The notes under the pieces: generated by a model | What the model saw: the letters and a program-made list of their open reading frames with translations, nothing else | What the model was told of the DNA's origin: nothing | The model's database searches: none | Shown here: positions 29,456 to 45,717 of the stretch, piece after piece | Layout: each line of letters starts with the position of its first letter | How positions within the stretch are numbered: the first letter of the stretch is position 1 | Position numbers and translations under genes: made by a program | DNA from: the human T2T-CHM13v2.0 reference genome, Homo sapiens | Assembly (NCBI RefSeq): GCF_009914755.1 | Contig: NC_060928.1 | Length of the DNA: 64,000 nucleotides | Direction: 5' to 3' (one strand)

Positions 29456-31127
29456 ATTTCGAGCGGGCGAAGAAGACTAAGAAGAAGGTGCTAGAGAGGT
29501 ATGAGGAATACCAGGACACTCTGATACCTGGAAACTTGAGAGTATTTCAAGAAGGGGAGGGAGTGAGCAGTTGTGTTGCTGCAAAGTCATCTTACTTGAT
29601 CACATTTTTTCGCCTGGCATTCACAGTTATTCATGCTCACTTCTTATCTTTAAAAGCTTACCTGTAATTATTTGCTAGGTGAATACTCTTTGCGCCTGGT
29701 GCAATGTGCTCCACTCCCTGTTGGTCCGTGACTGAATCTTGTACTTGCCTAGCACTCTGCCTTTGTCTCTGTAATCCCTGTTTCCTAAGTACTGGTTATG
29801 ATCACTTCCTCCTTTCTGTGGACACTTGTAACTATTTGCTTTTTTCCCTCTTGTCACATTTAACCTGTCTTGAGATGGAATTATGTAAGCACCTAGAAAC
29901 ACTAAGGTTGTTAACTACTGTTCCTCTGTCATCTCCACTACCAGATAGTAAAATTCTTAAGGCTAGACAGACTCTGTTTTAATTGATGTTGTATCACACA
30001 AGTTGGCCATACCATGAACATTCAGCTACTTCTCAAAGGAAATGGTGCTTGATTTTTTTATTTTTAATCAGATGATGATCTTCAGTAGAATTTAAGGCCT
30101 AATTTGCAAATTGAAGAGCACCAATGGAGGGCTCTTTACTGGACCATCAAAGGTTTTGTACTTAGGCCAGAGGACTCTGTGTTTTCTAGTTTGGTGAAGA
30201 CAAACAACCGTTAAGGCAGTGTCATTTCACTTAACAACTTGAAACAGGAAAGAAAAAAAATAACCCAGATGCCCCCTTGTAGTTATCTTGCTTTATTGAC
30301 ATTGTATTTTTATTTATTCTACAAAGGTGGCTGAGTTTTTAAAAAAGTATGTTACATGCAATTGTGAAATTGTTTTACATTTTGTGGTTAATTTTGACAG
30401 CTTTTTTTGGATGCTGAGCTTTTTGGGGGTAGAACCAAGGTCTATTCACCTGTGCATTCAGTTGTCCAGTAGTACTTACTCAGCACCCTTTTTTGTTGTT
30501 GTTTAATTAAGCTCTTAGAAAACATTGTTTCCTCTTCTGAAACAAGGAGTTAATATCTATTATGAAGATTAGAGAAGATAATGTGTGACAGTACCTGACA
30601 GTGCATTGCCAAATCTCTTCATAACTATGAGTGAACTTTTAAGTTCCGATTTGGTTATACGCTTTCAGTGAAATCTGATTTGGAAATTATAGTGACTTTA
30701 TTATATATTTGGTATCACATTTATCCTGAATAAGTATCACATTTGTGTTTGAAAAATATCTGAATAGTTTGTTAGATAATTATGTGTCCCTCAGCCATAT
30801 TGAATTTTCAAGTTTCAATCAGCTATATAAAATTTTGACCTATATAGTAGCATATGATTTCACTATAAAATGGAAATTATTTGCAACAAAGGACACTATA
30901 TACAATATTAACAAATGGTTCTTTTTTGGGTTGTTTATGTTATTATTGTAGTGATAGCTCCTAGGATGTAATTTTGATTGTCCGTTAATGTATTTCCTCT
31001 AGAGGTAGTAGTTTTATTCAAGGACAAGCTACTGACACTAAAACAATTATTCTAAATTTTCAGTATTCCAAAAAAACAGTGGAAATTTATAATGCATTTA
31101 TCTCCAGTAAAGGTGCTAAATTGTACA

Positions 31128-31451
31128 GGATGGGCATGGTGGCTCACGCCTGTAATCCCAGCACTTTGGGAGGCTGAGACAGGTAGATCACTTGAGGCCA
31201 GGAGTTCGAGACCAGCCTGGCCAACAGGGTGAAACCCCATCTCTACTAAAAACACAAATATTAGCCGGGCATAGTGGCACGTGCCTATAATAACAGCTAC
31301 TCATGAGGCTGAGGCAGGAGAATCCCTTGAGCCCAGGAGGCAGAGGTTGCAGTAAGGTGAGATAGAGCCATTGCACTCCAGCCTGGGTGACACAGCAAGA
31401 CGCTGTCTCAAAATAAATAAATAAATAAATAAATAATAAATAAAAATAAAA
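31128..31451 (+). mobile_element. AluS with (TAAA)n tail
   Basis: TSD GTGCTAAATTGTACA at 31113-31127 and 31452-31466. Confidence 0.93.
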
Positions 31452-32550
31452 GTGCTAAATTGTACAAACATGCCAAATATCTTTGCTTTTAGGCTGTAGT
31501 CAACTATTGTGGTTAATACTGACATTCTCATGCTGGGCAGATTGAAAAGGCTATGTCTTCGATATTTTAAAAATAATGAAAATGAATTAATATTTGTTAG
31601 TATGTTTCATCATGGGGTGCACAGTAGGGAAACTTGGAAAAGGTCCTTGATGTTGTCAATGTTAGAGAATGTACTAGAAAGTGAGACGGATGTCCTTATG
31701 TTGATCCTGGGTCTTATATAGTGTTCTTTCTGATCTTGTATATTATCTTGGTTTTCTTTCACCATTTCCCTCCTATTTTTTTGTCAGAACTTGAAGTAGT
31801 TTCATATACATCCAATAGAGCTCATTTGGTAGTTATCAAAATGATTAAAGCCTTGACTTGGGATTCCAAAGTTAAGAGTCTTGAACTACCATTTCAAAGC
31901 TGCCACACTTTTCTAGTGGTCGGGTATAATATTTCATCTCCAAAAGATTGGGACTGTTTATTCCTTTGTTTTATCTTGCATGCATCTGGTGAACCATTCA
32001 TCTACCCACAGCCTGCTATTTTTAGGGGACTAAGTTGGGAAGTTGAGTGGTTAATGACTGAGCTGTTTTAAATAGCTGGGCACTTAGTTAATTTGGAGAT
32101 TCTTTGTCTATGTGTATCAGCTTTACAAATGAGGTCAGTCAGCACATGTCTGCTAACTGTTTCAAAAGTCTCTCTCTGCAGGAAAGTGGTTGTAAGGCCT
32201 TTTCTACAGAGAGACTTTGTTTTTGGTTTATCCTAGTCTTGTAGAATTGCAGTAACATTAGAGGCATTTTGCAGTAAGTATTATTTTAAAATATGGAATG
32301 ATTGTTGTTACTAGTTTGCCCATTTTAACATTTTTAATTATCTTTGAAATAGTGCCTTCTTGGACGCATCTATCGGGGAAAAATACCAGCTGGTAATCCC
32401 TGTTCTGCCTCTAACTTGCATTGTGACGTTTTGACTTCAGTTTCCTCAAGAAAAAAATGAAGTGGAAAAAATGAATTTGTAACATCTTTTTCCATTTTAG
32501 TATTCTTGGATTCTGTCTATGTAACTGATTTTAACTGCTCTTTTAGATAA

Positions 32551-33015
<465 letters not shown>

Positions 33016-33695
33016 TAAAATTATTTTTTAATCATTGGAAAAAGGTCTTTTCTAAGAAGTTGCCTTACATGCTAGTCCTTGAGATCCGGGTAGAAGCTCA
33101 AATTAAATTGTGTGACATTTCAGAATACTATTTAGTTTCAGTGGGCATGCCACCTTAATTGCTTATTTTACTATCTTGATTGTGTTCTCTAAGAGACTCA
33201 TGCACAATATATGTATTTTAGAGAGTATTAGTAACAAAACAAAACCTTTTTATTCAAAAAGAATATATGAGGAGGAGGTATGACAGTACTTTCTCTGATG
33301 AAGTTTACAGATACAAAGTTTACCCTTGATATGTGTGGGAAATTGGGTACCTTTTGTTTCCAATGCTGTCAGCCCTAATTTGGGTCCTTAATACATCTCG
33401 TTTAGAGAATTATATTAGCATTTGGACTGTTCTTTCAGACTCTTTCCTTGCCAAACCAATTCTTGTATTCCTTCCAGTTTATTCTTCCTAAAATGGACTT
33501 ATGCTCATGTCACTCTCTTACTTGCCTAACCAAGTAAAGTACAAACTCGTTACTCTAGGATTCAGGACCCCCTGACCTGAACCTCCAGTTCAGTATGACC
33601 TCCAACCTACCTCTCCAGCCTTAATCTCTTACTCTTACTCCCTACTTATATTACACTGATGTGCTTGGTATTTTCTGCACTTCTCTCAAGCTTTC

Positions 33696-34008
33696 TGCTA
33701 TCGTCTGAATGTTTGTGACTCCTCCCGCAATTCATATGTTGAAATCCCAACGCCCAAGGTGATGCTATTTAGTGATGGGGCCCTTGGGAAATGATTGGGT
33801 CATGAGAGCCCTCATGAATGGAATTAATGCCCTTATAAAAGAGGCCCCAGAGAGATCCCTCATCCCTTGCACTACATAAGGTTAGAGTGAGAAGATGGCC
33901 ATCTGTGAGGAAACAAGCCCTCTCCAGGCACTGAATTTCCCAGCACCTTGCTCTTGGACTTCCCAGTCTCCATAACAGTAAGAAATTCTGTTGCTTATAA
34001 GCCACCCA

Positions 34009-34009
<1 letters not shown>
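33696..34009 (+). mobile_element. MLT1A-type MaLR LTR
   Basis: TGCTAT..CTGAATGTTTGTG...ATTCATATGTTGAAATC...GCCCTTATAAAAGAGGCCCCAGAGAG...TTGGACTTCCCAG...TAAGCCACCCA. Confidence 0.8.
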
Positions 34010-34055
<46 letters not shown>

Positions 34056-34192
34056 GAGACACGGTCTCTATTGGCTAGGCTGGAGTGCAGTGGTGTGATC
34101 ATAGCTCACTGCAGCCTTGAGCTACTGGCCTCAAGCAGTCCCCTTGCCTTAGCCTCCCGACAGTTGGGACAATAGGCATGTGCCACCTTGCC
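34010..34192 (-). repeat. (TG)21 microsatellite (34010-34051) in the tail position of an antisense Alu fragment
   Basis: TG run followed directly by TTTGAGACACGGTCTC... Confidence 0.85.
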
Positions 34193-34465
34193 ACACTTCT
34201 CCATTTCTGTTTTTTAGCTTATGTTGTTATGTTTGCCCAGAATGCAAATACTGGCCTCCACCACTCTGTTAAAAATGGGGTCTTGTAGGATATATTTAAA
34301 ATAGTTACTTTTTTGTAATCTTTATTTTTTCCTGAAACCCTATCTACAACCAAATAAGTGTAATTATGCCTTCCTTTGCTCTGCGTAGCAACTGTTACTC
34401 ATATAGCACTTATCTTAAATAGCTTTGTTCTATTCTAATAAAATGCGTAATTTTCTCTACTTTAA

Positions 34466-34690
<225 letters not shown>

Positions 34691-37600
34691 TGATAGTATT
34701 GAGTACCTCTGTAAGAGGTTGAGTTTTGGTATTCAAAAGTGATCAGAGGGCTTGCTACAAATTACTATGAAACAATTGGATAGCAGCCATATTTGACATA
34801 TCAAGCTGTTCAGTTGATATTTAGGAGAAGGCTGACTCTGTTTTTGAAGTTCTGTCCATTTTAAAATAAGGAGATAGAGATATTTGTTAATAATGTAGTT
34901 CTAGCATTAAATAGATGGATGAAAAAATACTACCAGATTTATTTTTGGACTCCTAGCCTGTTTTATTTCTGTTATGGTTATATGTATAGTACATCTTTGT
35001 TTTGTGGGTACTGCATTGCTTGTATTTGATGTGACTCTCAAAATGTTCTAGCCTGAATTCCCTTGAGCCACTACCGTTAGACAGAGTGGGAGCTGGGTAG
35101 TCTAAAGTATGTGCTTTGGATAACTGATCTTAAGAAAACAGTTTTGGGGGTGGTCAGCTGTGTATGGCTTTATCTTGAGTGGCGGATAGTACCACTCAAT
35201 GGGATGAATGGTGTCTAAGAGGATGAGGGTATTAGGAAGAAGAAGGGGATCTTATCTCCTTAAGGCTCCTGGGGAGGGAAACAAATGAGCATTAACTTTG
35301 GGGATTCCTCTAACTGAACTGTATGATATTGAAGGTACTTATTTTCTAGGTGGAAAGACATTTAGTTTGCTTTTAGATTAGGAAATTTGTAAGCCTGGCC
35401 CAAAGGTCAGAGGGTAGCAAACCACCCTTGACTATTCTTTCTTTCAATTTCTGGAAGAGAGGGTTCCAGTACACTATTTCCCCTTGCCTAAATGCTGTAT
35501 TTACTTATTTTGCTTTATTTTTGCTGGTTGGACCATTGTTAGGGCTGCCTGGAGCTTTATACATAAGTATTCTCTTTTGAATGAGATTGTCAGTGGTTAG
35601 TTTAGGTTTTACTATTCTTTCTGAATCATAAAGATACTACTACTAAAGTAATTTTTTTTTTTCCTGAATCTTGTCAGGACTATTTTTCTAGGGAGTGGGA
35701 TTATGCATCACTGGCAATTACCCATTTTTTCATTCTCTTGCCTGCATCACAGACTCTCTTCCGTTGAATGTTAATGGTCTATTTTTTTATACAGGCACAG
35801 AAAAAAAAAGTTGCTACTGACTCATGATCAGTAGGCCATGTATTCTGAAATATTTGTTCAGAGGTTGGGGGTATATGTGCTCAGATGTGCATAGGCTTTT
35901 GATGGTGTCTTCTATGATCACTAACAGGAGTATGTAAGATAGTTAACTGTTACGTGCAGTAATGTGGATCTAAGGATTTTTTTTTTTTTTTTTGTCTACC
36001 TAATGGGCCTAAATTGAAATTGGAATAGATCCTTAGTTTCATTAGCACAGTATTATGGTTAACTCATCCAGACAGCTCAGTTTAAATCCTAGTGAATAGT
36101 TAACTGGATTGCTAAATCTTTGGTAAATTTTCATCTTTTAGCAAAATGTTTATGCAACCCAAAGGAGAAATTCTAAGGATCTCAACCAAAATTGGTACTT
36201 GTTTTTATTTTTAAACAAGTGAAGGTAGCTGTTATGGGTTTTATAGTTTTTCACCTTAGTGCAGTGGGAACTTTAGAAATATTGCAAACTCATGAGTTTT
36301 TTTTTTTTTAAATATGTGTTTGTGTATGGTATTTTTTGCCTATCCATAGGGATGGTTGGAAGTGCATTTGTAAGGGCTGTATGAATCCATAGTGTTCGAG
36401 GTTGGATGTAACTAATGCCCATAAATTTCTAGCTTGAGAAACCCTTATATACAGATTCAAGGTTCAGATTTGTTTTCATCTTAGAATAGTGGCTGTTTTT
36501 TTTTTTTTTTTTTTTAAATACACTAAAGGTATTTCAAAAAGTTGTGGTGGGCCATTATGGATAGTATAAGGTCAATTTCACTGATTTTTTTCTTTTTTTC
36601 TTTTGCTTTGGAAGACGAAATATAGGAAACAATGTGTAAGAACCTGAATTTAAAACAGGACCTTCTCAGAGCCTCTTACAGAAAATATCCTGAGTATTAT
36701 ATTAACTGTAATTGGTATTGTTGGACTAATAGTCTTTCTTTGAAAATGCTAGTGCTTCATTAAATTTCCCGTAATTGTAGTGATTGTCCAAATTTAGTTC
36801 CCTCATTTAACCATGAGAAAATGGAGTAATGAATGAACCCAAAGTCACATTATTAGTGTTGATTGTGGAGAGTAGAACTTAGTTCTCGTGACCAGCACTT
36901 TTTCTAGTAGTTATGGCCTCTTTCTTTTATTTTTATTTTTCATTTTGTTTCCTTATGCCTAAGTACTTTTACTTATGGCCTCTTTAATTGGCTCCTATGC
37001 TGTATAGGCATTGGCCTGTAGCTATAGTCATAGCTCCTGTATGTATGGGCATTGTCCTTTGATTGGGGTGGGGACTTGGAACTGGTTTAAGGGACCTCGG
37101 GACTTTTAATAGTCTGAAGGCAGCTGGAGTATTACTGGGTGCATGGGGAGTATGAGGTGGAAGACGTATTCTCAAATATTTTTGCTTGAATTTCAAAGTT
37201 AAAGCTTTTCTGCTTTGTATTTTCCTAAGGCAGTCAAACCATGTGTTACAGTTACTTGAGCTAAGATGTCACGATTAATTTTAAAAGTTTAAATTCCAGC
37301 TTCTCCCAGGTTAGTCTGTTCTCTCAGTTTAGAGAGGACAAGTCATACATGAAATAGTGTATTTGTGAACTGTAAAGTATGTAGCGTAAAGGTGCAATAC
37401 TTCAGCTTCTTCAGTTGAATTCAGCATAGCAACACGGAGGACCTCCTGTAGGGAGAAAGGTAAAAGAGAGAAATAGCTAAGTTCTTATCCTCTGCTTTTC
37501 TTCTCTTCCGAGTTCAAGGTTATGGCGCGTGGAGTCTGAAGTGCTGTAATATCGGATCCCTATTTGCATTTTACCTGATAAATTTATGTGGTGTTCAAAG

Positions 37601-37899
37601 TAAAAAGAAAACACGATTCTTCTAAATTCCTGTTTATTAGATGACAGCACAAATGCTTTAGACTTAAACTTGGAATACAAAACATCTGAATCTTTACAGT
37701 GATATAAATTCCTATGATATTATAAAACAGTTTCCTTAAAAATGACATGACATTACTTTTATGATACATTTGGCATATTTTTATACACAGGCAAGTAAAA
37801 AGTTGAAATAGAATGGTGCTTGATTTATGATTTTAAAACATTAAAGGATAATGTTTCTAAACTAAACTTACTTGGAAATGGCATTATTGTTTGGGTATA

Positions 37900-38210
37900 A
37901 AACTCAAAAGGATATTGAAAAGCAACTAGGATTTATAAGAAATATTTGTAGAGTAGTAATTACCAAATAAATAAAGCTTATTGTTTTCTTACATCCCAGT
38001 AATAGTTAGAAAATAAATTACATTCGTAATAGCAAAACAATGTATATCACCTAAGAGCTAAACTCATGAGAAATGTGCAGAACCTCTGTGAAAAAAATTT
38101 ATATTGTTTAGAAGAACATAAAATGAAACTTGTCTAAATGGAGAACTATGTCATGTTGCCAGCTAAGAAGACTCAATATTGTCAATATGTTATTTCTTCC
38201 TAAATAAACT
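37900..38210 (+). mobile_element. Old L1M ORF2 fragment
   Basis: GAAATGTGCAGAACCTCTGTGAA...AAATGGAGA...AGAAGACTCAATATTGTCAATATGT resembles L1M ORF2. Confidence 0.65.
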
Positions 38211-38818
38211 CAGTACAAAAAAAGATAATTTTTCTAATATTTTTCAAACTATGGAAGTAACACCATCATTATCAAGAAGAATTCATCTAGTGTCTGTACG
38301 TTTTTCTGAGTAAAACGAGCTTTTTCATAAGTCAAAATATAGAGCCTGGCATGGTGGCCCACACCTCAGGAGGCTGAGATGGAGTTTGAGACTGCAATGA
38401 GCTGTGATTGTTCCACTGCACTCTGTCTTGGGTGACAGACTAAGATCCTGTGTCTAAATAACAATAATAATAATAATCATAAAAATAATAAATTTTTAAA
38501 AATGTAACCCATTCCCCCCTCCCATCTGCCTCTAATAATTGTCTCTCTTTCCAACTTTAGATAGAGGCTGAGCCCCTGGCCATCTTTTCTCTCCCATTCT
38601 TTTTTCCATCAGTTATTTGATTTTTCTCTTATTTTTACTTGTTCCTTAATATTTTTTTATACCTGTTGAGGTATACCAGTTTATACCTTAACAGTTTATA
38701 TCCTGTTCAGCCTGTAAGCCTGTTTAATTTCAAAAGACAAAACACAAATAAAACTTTTGTGATCTTTCCTACTCTTTCCTTCCTTCATTAATTGACTTTT
38801 CTGAAAAATAGATTTTGG

Positions 38819-41212
<2,394 letters not shown>

Positions 41213-41234
41213 GGTCTACAATGTATAGTGTAAT

Positions 41235-41553
41235 AAAACAGTCCGATATAGTAGCTAGTAGCCACATGTGGCTATAGAGTACTTAAAATGTTGCTACACT
41301 GAATTGAGATATGCAGTGTGAATAAAATGCACTTGGATATAAAAGCCTTAATATGAAAAAAGAACATAGAAGACCTTATTAATATTTTTATACTATTGAT
41401 TATATGTTGAAATAATATTTTGGATATATTGGGTCAAAAATGTATTATTAAAACTAATTTTACAGTTTTTTTTTTACCTTGTTAATGTAGTTACTAGAAC
41501 ATTTAAAATTTTATATGTGGCTCACATTATATTGGACATACTGGACAGTGCTG
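41235..41553. mobile_element. MER33-like hAT MITE
   Basis: TAGCCACATGTGGCTA palindrome; ends TGGACAGTGCTG. Confidence 0.7.
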
Positions 41554-42175
41554 ATCTATAGTATACAGTTTACAGTGTATAGTGTGCACTTTGCAGTTGG
41601 GGTTATTCGCCTGGGGTTCATAAACATCCATGTGCATTTTTCTTGGGAGAGGGCTTATGGCTTTCATCATATTCCCAAAAGGCCGTGTGACCAAAGAAAA
41701 GTGAGAAACTGCTGTAAAATTTGTAGACTCCTCCCCTGACCTCTGCTTGTAGTTACTTGGGTACTGCTTGTATCTTGGATCTGGGGGGGAATCCCTTTCT
41801 GACAATTTGGTAGGCTGAGTGAAATCTGTGTTGCCTGGGGTGCAATGATATGCATTCTTGACCTCTCAAGTTGGAACCTGGAATGAATGTTTCCATAGAA
41901 AAGTTTTAACAGACCGTCATTAGGTATTACAGTACTGTTAGTATTAAACTGTAAACGGACCCGAGAACCTCAGAATCACATATAAGACTGTTTCTGTGGG
42001 AAAATATTCTGAATACCAAAAGTAGACTTAGAAACTGTCAGAATACAATCTACTAGTACATTGGAGATTCATACACTTCATGCTGGGAACCTGATCGAAA
42101 TAGATAATTTTTTTAAACTTGAGCATTAATAGTGTTTGAAAAGATTAAGCATGTGTTAAAGTGGTAATCATTCTA

Positions 42176-42462
42176 TTTTTTTTTCTTTATTTTTGAGATG
42201 TCCTTGCTCTGTCATGGTAGTAGCATGATCTTGGCTCACTGCAGCTTTGACCTCCCGGGCTCAAGCGATCTTCCCACCTCTGCTTCCTGAGTGGCTGGGA
42301 CCACAGGCATGTGCCACTGCACCTGGCTAATTTTTAAAATTTTTATAAAGACGAGGTCTCACTGTGTTTTCCAGGTTGGTCTTGAACCCCTGGGCTCAAG
42401 TGATTCTCCCACCTGGGCCTCCCAAAGTGCTGAGATTACAGGTGTGAGCCACCATGCCAGCC
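42176..42462 (-). mobile_element. AluJ
   Basis: Antisense Alu motifs. Confidence 0.85.
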
Positions 42463-43037
42463 GTCATAAAGTTATGGGATGTTTGATTACTATTTATCTC
42501 TAATCATAAGAGGGATTATATGAATAAGCCACTGCATTGGAGGGTATGTAAATTAAGTGTTTGCCTGTTTAGTTTGAATAGGTTGGTGATGCTGTGTATG
42601 CAGTAGATTCTTGGCTTATGTAATCAGTTCTCATCAAAAAAGACTTCCTAAAACAATGAAATTTCAGGGCTTGTTGAAGTGAAGAGAGAATGCTTGATTG
42701 AAGGTATTCCAAACATAATTTCTTCATTATAACCCTTTGTACTTCAGTTATATTTGCTCACATTTATCGCAGTGTGCCATAATAACTTTTTTGTCTTTCT
42801 CTCTCAATAGACTACAAACTCACACATACGGTGTCCCATTTAAAACGTATTCCAGAGACTTTCACAGACACTTATTAAAATTTATTGACAAAATGAACAT
42901 GAGAAGAGCTCTCTAATTATCTAACTGTTGTGAGATAATTGCAGTTTAGGTGAGATGACCGAGTATGGTCATTGGGTGAAGGGAACATTGAAGGCGATCT
43001 GAGAAAGCAGATGATGGGTTAAAGAGTTGCAGATGCT

Positions 43038-44143
43038 AGAAGAAAACCTAGGCATTACCATTCAGGACATAGGCATGGGCAAGGACTTCATGTCTAAAAC
43101 ACCAAAAGCAATGGCAACAAAAGACAAAATTGACAAATGGGATCTAATTAAACTAAAGAGCTTCTGCACAGCAAAAGAAACTACCATCAGAGTGAACAGA
43201 CAACCTACAAAATGGGAGAAAATTTTCGCAACCTACTCATCTGACAAAGGGCTAATATCCAGAATCTACAATGAACTCTAACAAATTTCCAAGAAAAAAA
43301 CAAACAACCCCATCAAAAAGTGGGCAAAGGACATGAACAGACACTTCTCAAAAGAAGACATTTATGCAGCCAAAAAACACATGAAAAAATACTCATCATC
43401 TCACTGGCCATCAGAGAAATGCAAATCAAAACCACAATGAGATACCATCTCACACCAGTTAGAATGGCAATCATTAAAAAGTCAGGAAACAACAGGTGCT
43501 GGAGAGGATGTGGAGAAATAGGAACACTTTGACACTGTTGGTGGGACTGTAAACTAGTTCAACCATTGTGGAAGTCAGTGTGGCGATTCCTCAGGGATCT
43601 AGAACTGGAAATACCATTTGACCCAGCCATCCCATTACTGGGTATATACCCAAAGGACTATAAATCATGCTGCTATAAAGACACATGCACACGTATGTTT
43701 ATCGCAGCAGCATTCACAATAGCAAAGACTTGGAACCAAGCCAAATGTCCAACAATGATAGACTGGATTAAGAAAATGTGGCACATATACACCATGGAAT
43801 ACTATGCAGCCATAAAAAATGATGAGGTCCTTTGTAGGGACATGGATGAAATTGGAAATCATCATTCTCAGTAAACTATTGCAAGAACAGAAAACCAAAC
43901 ACCGCATATTCTCACTCATAGGTGGGAATTAAACAATGAGAACACATGGACACAGGAAGGGGAACATCACACTCTGGGGACTGTTGGGGGGTGGGGGGAG
44001 GGGGGAGGGATAGCATTGGGAGATATACCTAATGCTAGATGACGAGTTAGTGGGTGCAGCGCACCAGCATGGCACATGTATACATATGTAACTAACCTGC
44101 ACAATGTGCACATGTACCCTAAAACTTAAAGTATAATAATAAA
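43038..44143 (+). mobile_element. 5'-truncated young L1 (L1PA2-like), sense orientation in BMP2K intron 1
   Basis: ORF2 C-terminal fragments; 3'UTR GCTAGATGACGAGTTAGTGGGTGCAGCGCACCAGC (GAG rather than the Ta ACA); perfect 17-bp TSD AAAGAGTTGCAGATGCT at 43021-43037 and 44144-44160; TT/AAAG endonuclease site. Confidence 0.96.
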
Positions 44144-45427
44144 AAAGAGTTGCAGATGCTCTTTAGGAAATCTGGTGGAAGAGGTGAGGTATTTTTGTAC
44201 TTAATAGTTATAAGGCCACTTAAAGGAGTCCCAAAGAGAGGTTGGCATAATGCTGAATTTGAACAGCAATATATAAGAGTTCACTAAAATTTAATGCTTT
44301 TTTGGGGCCTGATATTCTGGTGAGAAGGAAGTTGTGTAACGGATGATTGTGGTCTATATCCAGGCTTTGTATTTATGAATGGAGGAGTTTTGATATGTAA
44401 AAATGGAGAAAGAGTAATATTAGAGAACTAAATCTGTAGTCTTTTTCAGTTCTGCTAAAAAAAGTTATTACTTCTAAAATGTGACCGTGATGTAGGAAAA
44501 AGTGGATATAAAGTAGGGGAAAGGATGTTGTGACTGGGAATAAAGAAAAGTCAAAAAGTAGTGGCTTCATTTTAGCCTTCATTTCAGCTTTATGCATGGG
44601 AGTTGTGATGAGGGGCCCTAGAGACTAGTGATATAGCAGGAAGTTCAAGAGTACTATGAATACCTCTGGCCTGTTTTAAATGTATTAATTTTTTAAAACA
44701 TTGTAATTTTGGGGAGTCTTAGTCCTTAATACAGTGCTTCTTAAACTCTAATAAGTATATGAATCACCTGGGATTTTTTAAACTGCTTACATTTAGTACA
44801 TCTGGGTAGGGCCGGAGTTTCTGTGGTATCTGCAAGCTCTCAGGTGATGCCAGTTCTGTTGTTTCCACAGATCGCATTCTTCCTTAGCCAGTCTCCTAAA
44901 AGAAAGGAAAAAAACTTACCCCAAAAGTGATCAAATCAGTCCATTATGAATATCTGCTTTGTTAATGGCCTTCAGATGGATTATTAGTAGCTAAGAGGAA
45001 TAATGCAAAGATTCTTAAATTTCATCTAGGGTCCTTTATTGAACAGATTCCTTGACTTGAATCCCAGAGATTCAATTCCAGGTTTAGGAAAAGGTCCAGA
45101 AAACTTCAGGTTTAATAAATACTCTAGGTAATTCGGTAGTATTGGGATTTTGGTTGGCATTGTATGAAAACTAGATATTAATTTGGAGGGATTGGCATAT
45201 TGAAAGTATTAAGTAGTGCTTTCCAGAAATATAGTGTGTCTTATCATTTTTATTAAGTTTTAAAAGTTTCTCTCAGTAAAGTTATTCTTCATTTAGGTCT
45301 TGCAGCTTTATAAGCTTGTCACATATGTTTTATGTTTTTTTTGTAAATGGGTTGACCTTTCAGCAATGTGAGAAAGTTTTCTGTTGATTATCTTGAAGAT
45401 AATTTGTCTTTGATTAGGAATGTGTTC

Positions 45428-45717
45428 TTTTTTATTTTAGAGATAGGGTCTTACTCTGTTGCCTAGGCTGGAGTGCATTGGCATGATCATAGAGCTCTCT
45501 GCAGCCTCAAACTCCTGGGCTCAATTGAGGGATACTTCCTCCTCATTTGGGACCACAGGTGTGTGCCACCACGCCTGACTAATTTTAAAAATTTTTGTAG
45601 CAATGGGGGGTCTCACTTCGTTGCCCAGACACGCTTCAAACTCCTGGCTTCAAGCAGTCCTCCTCCCTTGGCCTCCCAAAGTGTTGGTATTACAGGCATG
45701 AGCCACTGCATTTGGCG
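45428..45717 (-). mobile_element. AluJ
   Basis: Antisense Alu motifs. Confidence 0.85.
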
